Source: Bacillales bacterium UBA3566
Lineage (GTDB): Bacteria > Bacillota_I > Bacilli_A > Izemoplasmatales > Izemoplasmataceae
Length of the DNA stretch: 64,000 bases
Assembly: GCA_002376065.1 (NCBI GenBank)
Contig: DFNN01000135.1
Location: forward strand, 1,339-65,338
Reading direction: 5' to 3'
Translations under genes and position numbers: made by a program
Shown: positions 1-9,136 of the stretch, one piece after another
Layout of the letters: each line of letters opens with the position of its first letter
How positions within the stretch are numbered: the stretch's first letter is position 1
The notes under the pieces: model-generated
What the model was told of the DNA's origin: nothing
What the model saw: the letters and a program-made list of their open reading frames with translations, nothing else
Database searches by the model: none

Positions 1-269
1 TTGTTGTTTAAAAAATCTTCTAACAAGTTTTGTTCTTTTTCTTGTAATTCTGTTTCGGTAATTAAACCCTCATCAAAATCATCATAATACCCTTCGAGGG
101 TATTAAAATATTCAGTTTGGTTTTCTTCATAAATAGTCATTACTCGGTCATAATTGTCTGGTTGTAGCATATTGCTAACAAGTAAACTAAACAATAAACC
201 TAAAATAAAAAGTAATGGTATTGCATCAAGTAAGTAGGACGCAAGTCGTTTAAAAGCACCTATTCTCAT
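1..269 (-). CDS. RDD-family-like membrane protein, N-terminal part only (ORF runs off the window start)
   Basis: Reverse-strand ORF with ATG at 269..267, in an ATGA overlap with the stop of the upstream NfeD-like gene. Translation MRIGAFKRLASYLLDAIPLLFILGLLFSLL... resembles RDD-domain N-termini. No stop codon before position 1. Confidence 0.45.
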   Translation of the reverse strand, partial: MRIGAFKRLASYLLDAIPLLFILGLLFSLLVSNMLQPDNYDRVMTIYEENQTEYFNTLEGYYDDFDEGLITETELQEKEQNLLEDFLNN

Positions 270-709
270 ATAATTTTATTGACGATTAATTTAACACCTT
301 CGATTGCTAAGACTTCTACGCGTTCATCCACATAAATATCTTCATCACCAGGAGTGATGGCCATCCAGTATTTTCCGTCAATCTTCACCTCTCCACGTTC
401 CCCAACTTTGATTTCTTTTGTACAAATTGCAACCTTACCAATTAAACGGTCGGAATTTGTTCCTATTACGTTGGTTTTTAGATAATTTTTTACGATAGGA
501 CGTACACTCAATATCAGTGCAAAAGAAACGATAAAGAATACAATAACTTGAATAATTGGATTTGAACCTACGATTGCTAGCACAAATGCTATTAATGCTC
601 CAACGCTAAACCAAATGCTTGTTAAATCCATTGTGTTCATTTCAATCAATGCAGCAAATATAATAATACTAAACCATACTATGATCCATATTTCTTCAAT
701 ACCTAGCAT
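266..709 (-). CDS. NfeD-family membrane protein
   Basis: 147 aa. Hydrophobic N-terminal helices followed by a C-terminal OB-like barrel (GKVAICTKEIKVGERGEVKIDGKYWMA...VEVLAIEGVKLIV), which is typical of NfeD. Confidence 0.7.
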   Translation of the reverse strand: MLGIEEIWIIVWFSIIIFAALIEMNTMDLTSIWFSVGALIAFVLAIVGSNPIIQVIVFFIVSFALILSVRPIVKNYLKTNVIGTNSDRLIGKVAICTKEIKVGERGEVKIDGKYWMAITPGDEDIYVDERVEVLAIEGVKLIVNKII

Positions 710-713
710 ATAT

Positions 714-1094
714 TTACACCTCCGGATCCTTAAGATCGATAATTAATGCTGCTTCTATTTTACTCCATTTTGCCTTGAATTTAAAGGAATTGTTATCAGA
801 AAAGTCAAGGTCAGAAACTTCTGCTACTTCTAACATAAATTTTTTGTTACAAACTCTAGCGTAACTAGCTCTTACAGTGATTTTGTGTTTTTTCTCTTCG
901 GAGATGGCTCCAAGTTGAAATTCTTCTTTTGTGATAGGTTTTATTGCTATTTTCAAAGAGTCACTGTCTAAACCAAGGAGTACACTGTATGCATGTTCAA
1001 AATGTGAACTAGCTGCTTTGTTCAGGGTTATATTCGAATCGTAAAGGGTGGCTACACCCTCGTTCGGTTTTTTTGATACCCATTCAAACCCCAT
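714..1094 (-). CDS. hypothetical protein (126 aa)
   Basis: Clean ORF 4 nt upstream of the NfeD-like gene with an RBS-like GGAGGTG upstream. I recognise no motif. Confidence 0.5.
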   Translation of the reverse strand: MGFEWVSKKPNEGVATLYDSNITLNKAASSHFEHAYSVLLGLDSDSLKIAIKPITKEEFQLGAISEEKKHKITVRASYARVCNKKFMLEVAEVSDLDFSDNNSFKFKAKWSKIEAALIIDLKDPEV

Positions 1095-1223
1095 ATAATC
1101 ACCTCCAAATATTTTTTATACATTAATTTTACCACTTAATTACCGATAATGCAATATAATTATTTTTAATTATTTTGAATTTTGTATAAGATATTATATA
1201 ATGCTTTAGAAGGTTGTGAGAAA

Positions 1224-2045
1224 ATGGACAGTGAATTTATAAAATCATTTGAAAAGAGTCTAATTAAAACATATCGAAAAGAACTTTGGTCAAAATTTAT
1301 AAAAGGAATAAAAAAGTATAATCTTATTGAAGATGGAGATAAAGTTGGTATTGCCATGAGTGGTGGAAAAGATAGCTTATTGATGGCAAAACTCTTTCAA
1401 GAACTTAAGCGCCATCCTTTAATGAATTTTGAAATAGAGTTTATTTCTATGGATCCAGGATTTAATGAAGATAATTTAGATTTGCATTTTGGTAATTCAG
1501 AAAAGTTAGGAATTCCTTTAAATATTAGTAGATCTGACATATTTGAAATCATTCAAAGAAAAACAGATGGATATCCATGTTATTTATGCGCACGTATGAG
1601 AAGAGGTTTCCTATATAATATGGCAAAAGAAAAAGGCTGTAATAAATTAGCCTTAGGTCATCATTTTGATGATGTAATAGAAACCACATTGATGAATGTT
1701 TTTTATGCTGGAACATTTAAAACAATGTTGCCCAAAGTCAAAAGTGCAAATTTTGAGGGATTAGAGCTAATTAGACCAATGTATCTTATTAAGGAAAAAG
1801 ATATTATTAGAATCATGAATCATCACAATATTGAAACCATGGCTTGTGGTTGTGAAATTTCATCTTGTGATACCGCTAGTAAGAGAACAGAAACAAAAAA
1901 ATTGATTGCCTCTTTAAAAGAAACTTTTAGTGATATCGATAAGAATATATTTAGAGCTGCTGAAAATGTAAATTTAGATAGCATCGCTAGGTATACAAAA
2001 AATGGAAAAGAATATTCGTATTATGATGACTATCAAGAAGATTAG
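1224..2045 (+). CDS. PP-loop ATPase, TtcA/TtuA-like tRNA thiolation enzyme
   Basis: SGGKDS PP-loop (GIAMSGGKDSLL), plus CYLCARMRRG and LGHHFDDVIET motifs. I prefer the ATG at 1224 (MDSEF...) over the track's TTG at 1182, because a TATAAT-like box lies at about 1196. Confidence 0.7.
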   Translation: MDSEFIKSFEKSLIKTYRKELWSKFIKGIKKYNLIEDGDKVGIAMSGGKDSLLMAKLFQELKRHPLMNFEIEFISMDPGFNEDNLDLHFGNSEKLGIPLNISRSDIFEIIQRKTDGYPCYLCARMRRGFLYNMAKEKGCNKLALGHHFDDVIETTLMNVFYAGTFKTMLPKVKSANFEGLELIRPMYLIKEKDIIRIMNHHNIETMACGCEISSCDTASKRTETKKLIASLKETFSDIDKNIFRAAENVNLDSIARYTKNGKEYSYYDDYQED

Positions 2046-2112
2046 ATTTTTTTCATCCTTTATGTTAGAATAAAAATATATTAAAGAAAGCGTTTTATGT
2101 AAAGGAGGAAAT

Positions 2113-2667
2113 ATGCATAAAGAAATTCAACCATCGTCTATTTTAAGCCCAACTCCAGTTGTTTTAGTAGGTGCAATGGTCCATGGAAAAGCAAATTTTT
2201 CAAGCATATCTACGATTGGTAAAGTGGGTGTAAATCCCCCGCTGATTGCAGTTTCACTTAAGAAAGATAGCATTAGTGTGATTGGCATTGATGAATTTAA
2301 AATGTTTAGTGTGAATTTACCATCTAGTGAATTACTAAAAAGAGTTGATGTTTGTCGTATTTTTTCAGGTACAGAAATTGATAAAGAAATGCTTTTTGAT
2401 TTTCGTATAACAGAAAATATACCACATATTACGGATTGCAAAGTCAATTTATTTGTTGACGTAAAACATCGAATTGAAGAAGAAAACGTTGTAATTTATA
2501 TTGGACAAGTAGTTAAAACTTTAGTTGATGAGCAGTTGTTTATGAATGATGCATTATCAATGCAAAATATGCGTGGCATTTTTGAAGGGCCAGACCAAAT
2601 TTATTATACAAGTGGTCGAAGAATTGGCGCAGTTTATCAAGAAGGAAAGCACATTATTCACGAATAA
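2113..2667 (+). CDS. flavin reductase-like (FMN-binding split-barrel) protein
   Basis: 184 aa. N-terminal PTPVVLVGAMVHGKANFSSIS...NPPLIAVSL pattern typical of flavin reductase domain proteins. RBS AAAGGAGG upstream. Confidence 0.6.
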   Translation: MHKEIQPSSILSPTPVVLVGAMVHGKANFSSISTIGKVGVNPPLIAVSLKKDSISVIGIDEFKMFSVNLPSSELLKRVDVCRIFSGTEIDKEMLFDFRITENIPHITDCKVNLFVDVKHRIEEENVVIYIGQVVKTLVDEQLFMNDALSMQNMRGIFEGPDQIYYTSGRRIGAVYQEGKHIIHE

Positions 2668-2688
2668 TGTGCTTTATTTTTAATGTTG

Positions 2689-4038
2689 CTATTTTCCAAG
2701 GCAAAATTTTGAGAAGAGTTCATCAAGTAAGTTTGTAGAGGAATTGGCACCAATGATATCACCAAGTAATGACCAAGCTGTTTTTAAATCGATTTCGACC
2801 ATATCAATTGGCAATTGTTCTTTGATTGCATAGAGGGAATCTTGTAAAGAAGATTTTGCCTCTTTTAATTTGGCAATTTGTCTAGCATTGGACAAGTAAG
2901 TTTCTTCATTTAAATTTACTTCTCCTTTTAAGAACATCGTTTGAATTAATTCTTCTAATTCTTGAATTCCTACATTGTTTCTAGCACTTATTTCAACACT
3001 ATGTTCAAATGATTCCGTTAATTTTTTATGTAAATCACTTTTGTTGATGATGATGATTCTTTTTTTATGTTTAGTGAGTTCAAGCAATTTTTTATCATCT
3101 TCAGTGATTGTCTCAGATTGATCTAGCACAAAAAGAATTAGTTCTGCTTCATTGATGACTTTTTTTGCCTTATCAATACCTATTTTTTCAACAATATCTT
3201 CAGAGTCCCTAATACCTGCGGTGTCTACAAGATTTAAGATGATTCCACCAATATTGATGAATCCTTCAATGGTATCTCTTGTCGTTCCTTGTATTTCAGT
3301 AACAATTGCTTTTTCTTCTTTTAATAAGGCATTAAGCAAACTTGATTTACCAACATTTGGACGACCAATAATGGCAGTTTTTAATCCTTCTTTGATGATT
3401 TTTCCATATTCAGATTTTTTTAATATTTCTTTGATTCTTGATAGTAGGGATTCGACTTTTGGTTTGATTAATTCATTTGATAATGTAATGACATCATCAT
3501 ATTCTGGGTAGTCGATATTTACTTCAATGTGTGCAATCAAGGAAAGAAGTTGATCTCGCAAATCAATAATCAATTGATATATTGCTCCATCAAGTCCTTT
3601 GTTTGCGAGGGTTAAAGACATTTTTGATTGTGCTTCAATAATATCCATGATAGATTCTGCTTGTGTAAGGTCAATTCGACCATTAAGAAATGCACGTTCA
3701 GTAAATTCTCCGTTATTTGCAAGTCTCGCACCTTTTGACAAGAGAAGACTAAGAATCTTTCTTGCAACATAAGTACCACCATGACAATTAATTTCGATGA
3801 TGTCTTGCGTAGTAAATGTTTTAGGTGCTTTAAATACAGTTATTAAGACTTCATCTAATATCATTGAATCTTCTATGATGTGTCCATAATGTACTGTATG
3901 ACTTTTGGCTTTGGTTAAATCTTTTCCACGAAAGACTAAGTTTGCTATATTTATTGCATCGTCACCACTCATTCGGACGATGTTTATGGCGCTTTGCCCT
4001 AATGCTGTTGAAATTGCTGCTATTGTATCTGTTATCAT
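2689..4038 (-). CDS. mnmE: tRNA modification GTPase MnmE
   Basis: MITDTIAAISTALGQSAINIVRMSG N-terminus, G-domain motifs GRPNVGKSSLLN / DTAGIR / NKSD, and a C-terminal CLGK. Start moved to the internal ATG at 4038 (GGTGA RBS). The track's 60-aa extension overlaps the divergent gene. Confidence 0.95.
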   Translation of the reverse strand: MITDTIAAISTALGQSAINIVRMSGDDAINIANLVFRGKDLTKAKSHTVHYGHIIEDSMILDEVLITVFKAPKTFTTQDIIEINCHGGTYVARKILSLLLSKGARLANNGEFTERAFLNGRIDLTQAESIMDIIEAQSKMSLTLANKGLDGAIYQLIIDLRDQLLSLIAHIEVNIDYPEYDDVITLSNELIKPKVESLLSRIKEILKKSEYGKIIKEGLKTAIIGRPNVGKSSLLNALLKEEKAIVTEIQGTTRDTIEGFINIGGIILNLVDTAGIRDSEDIVEKIGIDKAKKVINEAELILFVLDQSETITEDDKKLLELTKHKKRIIIINKSDLHKKLTESFEHSVEISARNNVGIQELEELIQTMFLKGEVNLNEETYLSNARQIAKLKEAKSSLQDSLYAIKEQLPIDMVEIDLKTAWSLLGDIIGANSSTNLLDELFSKFCLGK

Positions 4039-4103
4039 TTTAATCACCCAATTTATTATATCATATTTCGTCATTTTGTAGTATAATACTGCTAGGTGGT
4101 AAA

Positions 4104-4601
4104 ATGAGAGAAGAAAAAACATTACGCTATTATTTGTTTGTCTATCTACTATCATTAGGAGGCCTTTTTGTTTATCTAACATATCAGGCTTGGAGAAATG
4201 ATGGCTATGATGAAACACTGATTTACTCGTTGCTTTGGATACCGATTTTTGTTACACTATTTGTGTTCTTTATTGATAAAATAACGGACCTTTTTAGAGG
4301 TAAAAAAAGTCAAACTGAAGATCAAAAACTAAAAGAATACATTGATTCAATGGCAAAAGCAATCGATGAAGAACTCGATTTACTTGTTGAAGACTATCGA
4401 AAACTGAAAGAAAGTCATCGATTCCAAAAAGGGTTGCATCAAGCATATCACATCGTTCAAAATGGGGAAACAGAAGAACTGAGTTTTGAGTATATTATAA
4501 AAAAATATCCAAAACACTCATTAGAACATAAAGCAATGATGACTGTCATAGAAAAAACAAAAGAGTATATGAAGAACAACCAGCAAACTGAAATTGAGTA
4601 A
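4104..4601 (+). CDS. hypothetical membrane protein
   Basis: 165 aa with two predicted TM helices followed by a charged helical tail. No recognisable motif. Confidence 0.5.
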   Translation: MREEKTLRYYLFVYLLSLGGLFVYLTYQAWRNDGYDETLIYSLLWIPIFVTLFVFFIDKITDLFRGKKSQTEDQKLKEYIDSMAKAIDEELDLLVEDYRKLKESHRFQKGLHQAYHIVQNGETEELSFEYIIKKYPKHSLEHKAMMTVIEKTKEYMKNNQQTEIE

Positions 4602-4615
4602 AGAGGTGAATTGTC

Positions 4616-6643
4616 ATGGCATATAAAGCATTATATCGAACATATAGACCCAGTAATTTTCATGAAATAGCTGGGCAGGAACACATCACAAAAACTTTTC
4701 AAAATGCATTAAAAAACAATAAGATTGCACATGCATATTTATTTAGTGGGCCTCGTGGTACAGGGAAAACTTCCATCGCTAAAATTATCGCAAAAGCAGT
4801 AAATTGTGTAAAAGCACCAACATCAAATCCGTGTAATGAATGTGATATTTGTAAAGGAATTGATCAAAACACAATCAATGATGTGATTGAGATTGATGCT
4901 GCAAGTAATAATGGGGTAGATGAAATTCGTGAAATTCGCGATAAGGTAAAATATTTACCTGGAGTTGGACAATATAAGGTATATATTATAGATGAAGTCC
5001 ACATGTTAAGTACAGGGGCTTTTAATGCATTATTAAAGACATTAGAAGAACCTCCTAAACATGTTATATTCATTTTAGCGACAACAGAACCACATAAGAT
5101 TCCTGCGACAATCCATTCTCGTTGTCAACGTTTTGATTTTAGAGGAATTAGTGTTAAAGAGATTATTAAGCGATTAAATACAATTATCGAAGAAGAACAA
5201 ATAGCGATTGATCATGAAGCTGTAAAAGTGATTGCTGAAAGTGTTGAAGGTGGTATGAGAGATGCGATCAGTTTACTAGATCAGGTTATTTCTTATACTG
5301 AAGATAAAGTAAAAGTTGATGATGTTCATGCAATCAAAGGAACGGTTTCAAACGAAAAGTTACTTGATATAGCATGGTCGATTAAAGAGAACGACTCTAT
5401 TATGGCGATGAAGAAGTTGGATGAATTAATATCACTTGGAAAAGAAGCGCCAAGATTGATTGATAATATGATTCAGTTTTATCGTAATGTATTGATTTAC
5501 AAGAACACAAATGTTGAAGATGATGAACAATTGGTCTATAAAGAGGAAAGATTTAAAGAACTAGCGAGTTCTTTAAGTAATAATGTGGTTTTTTTCTATA
5601 TAGAGGTTCTAAATAAAACATTAAACGATATGAAGTTCTCTAATAACGGGAAATTATTTGCTGAACTTGCACTCATCAAATTGGTTGATCCAATTGAGAA
5701 ACAAGAGCTTGTGATTGAAGATGAAATTTATCTTTTGAAAAAAGAAATTGCGTCTTTGAAAGAAGATATTCACAAAAAATCATTTGAAGCAAAGACAGAA
5801 GAATTTAATTTTGATCAATTTAATGATTTGATAGATGAATCAACAAAATCAAAAGATGAACAAAAAAATATGAACGATGAAGAAGTAACTAGCAAAGAAG
5901 AACAGGATAAAGAAACCACAAAGTTAAATCAAGATATAGATAAAGATATAGACGAAGAAATTGAAGATGAGTCGGTAAAAGAGACAGATAAAGAAAAAGA
6001 ACCGCAAATGGATAAAGAGCAAGAAAGTCTATTTGAATTAGAAGCCCAAGAAGTTGTGGGGGAAAAAGATGAATCTAATCATTTAGATATCGTTGATACA
6101 GAAGAAACAAAACAAGCTACGGATGATAAAAAAGAATATAAAACTTATGATATTCGCTATGTTGAAGATGTTTTAAATAATGCTGATCGAGAAATTAAAA
6201 TACAAATGAATCAAAAATGGTATGATATTGAGCGATTTGCTAGCAATGAACAAATGAACTTTGCTAAGATGATTACAGATGGTAGATTGGTCGCAACTGA
6301 TGGACAAATGATTATTATTGAATATCCATCTGCTTCTCTATGTAATCGTATGATGAAACCTTCAACAAAAAAAGCTGCGACAAAACTTTTGGGTGAGTAT
6401 TACAAACGCGAGATTGATTATCTTGCATTACCAAAGGATGTTTGGGAAGAAAAATCACAAGAATTTATCAAAAAATGGAAAAACAAAGAAACCAATATAA
6501 AGCTTTCTCCTATTAACTACTCGGGACTAAAAGAACTTCCAAAGATTGCTGAAGAAGTAGAAGATTTACAACCGGATAGTGTAAAGGACGCGTTGGATAT
6601 GTTTGGTGATATTGTAAAAGTAAAAAAGGAGAGTAAAAAATGA
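4616..6643 (+). CDS. dnaX: DNA polymerase III subunit gamma/tau
   Basis: YRPSNFHEIAGQEH, Walker A GPRGTGKTS, DEVHML, and a Cys-rich zinc module CNECDIC. Long acidic low-complexity linker. TGA stop overlaps the ybaB ATG. Confidence 0.95.
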   Translation: MAYKALYRTYRPSNFHEIAGQEHITKTFQNALKNNKIAHAYLFSGPRGTGKTSIAKIIAKAVNCVKAPTSNPCNECDICKGIDQNTINDVIEIDAASNNGVDEIREIRDKVKYLPGVGQYKVYIIDEVHMLSTGAFNALLKTLEEPPKHVIFILATTEPHKIPATIHSRCQRFDFRGISVKEIIKRLNTIIEEEQIAIDHEAVKVIAESVEGGMRDAISLLDQVISYTEDKVKVDDVHAIKGTVSNEKLLDIAWSIKENDSIMAMKKLDELISLGKEAPRLIDNMIQFYRNVLIYKNTNVEDDEQLVYKEERFKELASSLSNNVVFFYIEVLNKTLNDMKFSNNGKLFAELALIKLVDPIEKQELVIEDEIYLLKKEIASLKEDIHKKSFEAKTEEFNFDQFNDLIDESTKSKDEQKNMNDEEVTSKEEQDKETTKLNQDIDKDIDEEIEDESVKETDKEKEPQMDKEQESLFELEAQEVVGEKDESNHLDIVDTEETKQATDDKKEYKTYDIRYVEDVLNNADREIKIQMNQKWYDIERFASNEQMNFAKMITDGRLVATDGQMIIIEYPSASLCNRMMKPSTKKAATKLLGEYYKREIDYLALPKDVWEEKSQEFIKKWKNKETNIKLSPINYSGLKELPKIAEEVEDLQPDSVKDALDMFGDIVKVKKESKK

Positions 6644-6945
6644 ATCCAGGTATGATTAAAAAATTACAAAAAATGCAAAAAGAAATGGTGGCAGCACAAA
6701 AAGAATTAGAAGCATCAGTCTTTTATGGTAGTGCTGGTGGGAAAATGGTACAAGTAGAGTTTACTGGGGATAAGAAGATGCAAGATATTACAATTGATAC
6801 TGATGCACTTGAACTTCCTGAAGATATGGATATTTTAAAAGATACTGTGATTGCAGCGGTAAATGATTGTATGAAAAAAATAGATGATGAAACAGAATCT
6901 ACGATGTCAAAATTTACTGGCGGAGGAATGCCAGGATTATTTTAG
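6640..6945 (+). CDS. ybaB: nucleoid-associated protein YbaB/EbfC
   Basis: 101 aa (MIKKLQKMQKEM...VEFTGDKK...) in the conserved dnaX-ybaB-recR order. Confidence 0.9.
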   Translation: MNPGMIKKLQKMQKEMVAAQKELEASVFYGSAGGKMVQVEFTGDKKMQDITIDTDALELPEDMDILKDTVIAAVNDCMKKIDDETESTMSKFTGGGMPGLF

Positions 6946-6957
6946 GGAGTGACTGTT

Positions 6958-7563
6958 GTGAAATACCCAAAAGCATTAGAAGAGTTGATTGAATCTTTAA
7001 GAATGTATCCAGGAGTTGGTAAGAAAACGGCAGAGCGATATGCCCTTTATACATTCAATCGTCTTGATGAAGAACAAATCAATCAAATCATTGAAGCATA
7101 TCAACATATTAAATCTGATATATTTGCCTGCCCAATTTGTGGTAATTTAACCGATACTGATCCATGTTATATATGTAAGGATGAGTCTCGAGATCAACAT
7201 ACTATTATAGTTGTCGAAGATGTCCGTGATGTTATTGCAATGGAAAAGACCAATCATTATCATGGTAAATATCATGTATTAAATGGTGCAATCTCACCTA
7301 GTGATGGAATTGGACCCGAAGACATTAACATTAAAGGGTTGTTAGAGAGATTGCATGATCAGCAAATAAAAGAAGTAATTCTAGCAACAAATCTTAGTAA
7401 TGAAGGTGAAATGACTTCACAATATATTCGAAAACTATTAAGCGATACAGATTTGATTATAAGTCGAATTGCACATGGCCTTCCTGCGGGATCGAACATT
7501 GAATATGCAGATGAAATTACAATTTCAAAAGCATTGGATGGTAGAAAAAAATATGATTCATAA
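6958..7563 (+). CDS. recR: recombination protein RecR
   Basis: YPGVGKKTAERYA helix-hairpin-helix, C4 zinc finger CPICGNLTDTDPCYIC, and a Toprim region. GTG at 6958 has better spacing from the GGGAG RBS than the track start at 6949. Confidence 0.9.
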   Translation: MKYPKALEELIESLRMYPGVGKKTAERYALYTFNRLDEEQINQIIEAYQHIKSDIFACPICGNLTDTDPCYICKDESRDQHTIIVVEDVRDVIAMEKTNHYHGKYHVLNGAISPSDGIGPEDINIKGLLERLHDQQIKEVILATNLSNEGEMTSQYIRKLLSDTDLIISRIAHGLPAGSNIEYADEITISKALDGRKKYDS

Positions 7564-7643
7564 TATTTTTTACGAATATTCATAATATATACACATCTAT
7601 TTTGTTATAATAGGAATAGATGAATATTAAATGAGGTGAAAAA

Positions 7644-7910
7644 ATGTTAGAAAGTTTAGGGTTAGAAGCAATCGTAGATGCATTAGAAGGTTTGTTTGAT
7701 GTGAATCAATACATCGACGCTGGAGCGGCTTTTTTAAGAAATTTAGGGATACTTGAACAGATTGTCGTTGCAATATTGGCAGTAATCATTACTGTTTTAG
7801 GAACATTCGAGTTAATTAAAAAACTTTCAAAAATTGTCATAGTTGTGGCAGTACTTGTTGGACTATACTTACTTTATGATGGTGAAGTATTTAGCAGTAT
7901 TTTAGGCTAA
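7644..7910 (+). CDS. small hypothetical membrane protein (88 aa)
   Basis: ORF with a GAGGTG RBS and two hydrophobic helices. Followed by a terminator. Confidence 0.45.
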   Translation: MLESLGLEAIVDALEGLFDVNQYIDAGAAFLRNLGILEQIVVAILAVIITVLGTFELIKKLSKIVIVVAVLVGLYLLYDGEVFSSILG

Positions 7911-7917
7911 ACAAAGG

Positions 7918-7941
7918 GACGGGATTATCCTGTCTTTTTTT
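7918..7941 (+). terminator. rho-independent terminator
   Basis: GACGGGA-TTA-TCCTGTC hairpin (one G-U pair) followed by T7. Confidence 0.7.
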
Positions 7942-7967
7942 ATGTTTCACGAATTATTTAGAATATT

Positions 7968-8037
7968 TTAACAGTATTTTAACAGAATTAAAAACTTACA
8001 AAATAATGTTTAAAAACGGTTACTTTTATTGTATAAT
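7968..8037 (+). promoter_or_regulatory. candidate Pho-box plus -10 element upstream of the ABC/nuclease operon
   Basis: TTAACA at 7968-7973 and 7979-7984 (11-bp period). Degenerate TTAAAA (7988) and TTACAA (7996) follow. TATAAT at 8032-8037 with no good -35. Confidence 0.45.
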
Positions 8038-8071
8038 GTAGTGTTAATCAAATTAACTTAGGAGAGATAAA

Positions 8072-9136
8072 ATGGAAATTAAATTAGAAATGCTCACTAA
8101 AGTTTTCGACAATAAGGAAAAAGGGTTGACGACTGCGGTAGATAAGTTGGATATTACAATTCCTAGTGGAAAACTCATTGGGTTACTTGGACCAAGTGGA
8201 TGTGGGAAATCAACAACCTTATATATGATTGCAGGGTTGCTTAAACCAACTGAAGGTAAAATCTATTTTGGAGATGAGAATGTAACTGATATTCCACCAG
8301 AAGATCGTGGAATCGGACTTGTGTTCCAAAATTATGCATTATATCCACACATGACTGTTGCACAAAATATCATGTTCCCATTAGAAAATTTGAAGGTTCC
8401 GAAAGCTGAAGCGATTGAGCGTGCTCAAGAAATGGCTGATTTGGTCGGAATTGGAGAATTAATGGATCGTAAACCAAAACAATTATCAGGTGGTCAACAA
8501 CAACGTGTGGCAATTGCGCGCGCGCTTGTTAAGAAACCACGTGTTTTATTGCTTGATGAGCCACTAAGTAATTTAGATGCTAGATTACGTTTAGCGACTC
8601 GTGAGGAAATAAAAAGGATTCAACGTGAAACAGGGATTACAACTGTATTCGTTACGCATGACCAAGAAGAGGCAATGAGTATTAGTGATGAAATCGTATT
8701 GATGGAGCTTGGAATAAAGCAACAAGTTGGAGAACCACAAGATGTATATGATAAACCTGACAATTTATTTGTTGCGAAATTTTTAGGGACACCACCAATT
8801 AACTTGTTTGATGGACATATTAAAGATGGAAAAATAATGATTGGTGATGCAAATATCGGTCAATTGAAAACTGATGATAAAGAAGTCATTGTTGGAATAA
8901 GACCAGAAGGATTTAGTTTAACAGAACGTTCAAGTTTAAAAGTTGAAGTTGATTTGGTTGAAACGATTGGTCGAGATACCACATTAATTATTGAAAATCC
9001 TACTAGAAAAGGGGAAACATTTAGAGCGATTGTCGATGCTGAAAAACGCATCAAACCAGGAGACAAAATCAAACTGAATGTGAAACCAACGAAACTCTTC
9101 GTCTTTGAAAAAGATACTGGAGAATTAGTGAATTAA
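8072..9136 (+). CDS. ABC transporter ATP-binding protein, MalK/UgpC/MsmX type (CUT1 family)
   Basis: Walker [10 protein letters not shown], signature [15 protein letters not shown], Walker B LLLDEPLSNLD, and a C-terminal regulatory OB-like domain. Confidence 0.92.
   Translation: MEIKLEMLTKVFDNKEKGLTTAVDKLDITIPSGKLIGLLGPSGCGKSTTLYMIAGLLKPTEGKIYFGDENVTDIPPEDRGIGLVFQNYALYPHMTVAQNIMFPLENLKVPKAEAIERAQEMADLVGIGELMDRKPKQLSGGQQQRVAIARALVKKPRVLLLDEPLSNLDARLRLATREEIKRIQRETGITTVFVTHDQEEAMSISDEIVLMELGIKQQVGEPQDVYDKPDNLFVAKFLGTPPINLFDGHIKDGKIMIGDANIGQLKTDDKEVIVGIRPEGFSLTERSSLKVEVDLVETIGRDTTLIIENPTRKGETFRAIVDAEKRIKPGDKIKLNVKPTKLFVFEKDTGELVN

Noticed and set aside
1166-1357. 63-aa reverse-strand ORF overlapping the start of the TtcA-like gene.
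   Set aside because: It overlaps the promoter and 5' end of a motif-supported gene, has a low-complexity translation and has no RBS.
2127-2447. Antisense or shadow ORFs from the six-frame track that lie inside well-supported genes. Examples: 2127-2447, 3152-3511, 4864-5073, 20866-21294, 25632-25988, 33198-33557, 38971-39261, 43756-44013, 44334-44708, 55408-55785, 56610-56891, 58086-58394.
   Set aside because: Each lies entirely within a strongly motif-supported CDS on the opposite strand or in another frame. All have low-complexity or hydrophobic translations with no recognisable motif and no RBS. This is typical of frame-shadow ORFs in AT-rich DNA.
4039-4218. 60-aa N-terminal extension of mnmE suggested by the longest ORF.
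   Set aside because: MnmE proteins begin at the ...DTIAAISTP/A.G... segment. ATG 4038 has a GGTGA RBS. The extension would overlap the divergent gene starting at 4104.
5741-5760. Possible programmed frameshift or slippage site (A6 run, TTG AAA AAA GAA) in dnaX that could yield a short gamma subunit. Both alternative frames hit stops within 4-14 codons.
   Set aside because: The run is not in the A-AAA-AAG register used in E. coli. No downstream stimulatory hairpin is evident. A-runs of this length are frequent in this AT-rich sequence. Not supportable without proteomic or ribosome-profiling data.
5770-6140. Highly acidic low-complexity stretch in dnaX as a possible inserted element or repeat.
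   Set aside because: It is in frame, lacks nucleotide-level repeats and sits at the variable linker between domains III and IV of tau. This is normal length variation.
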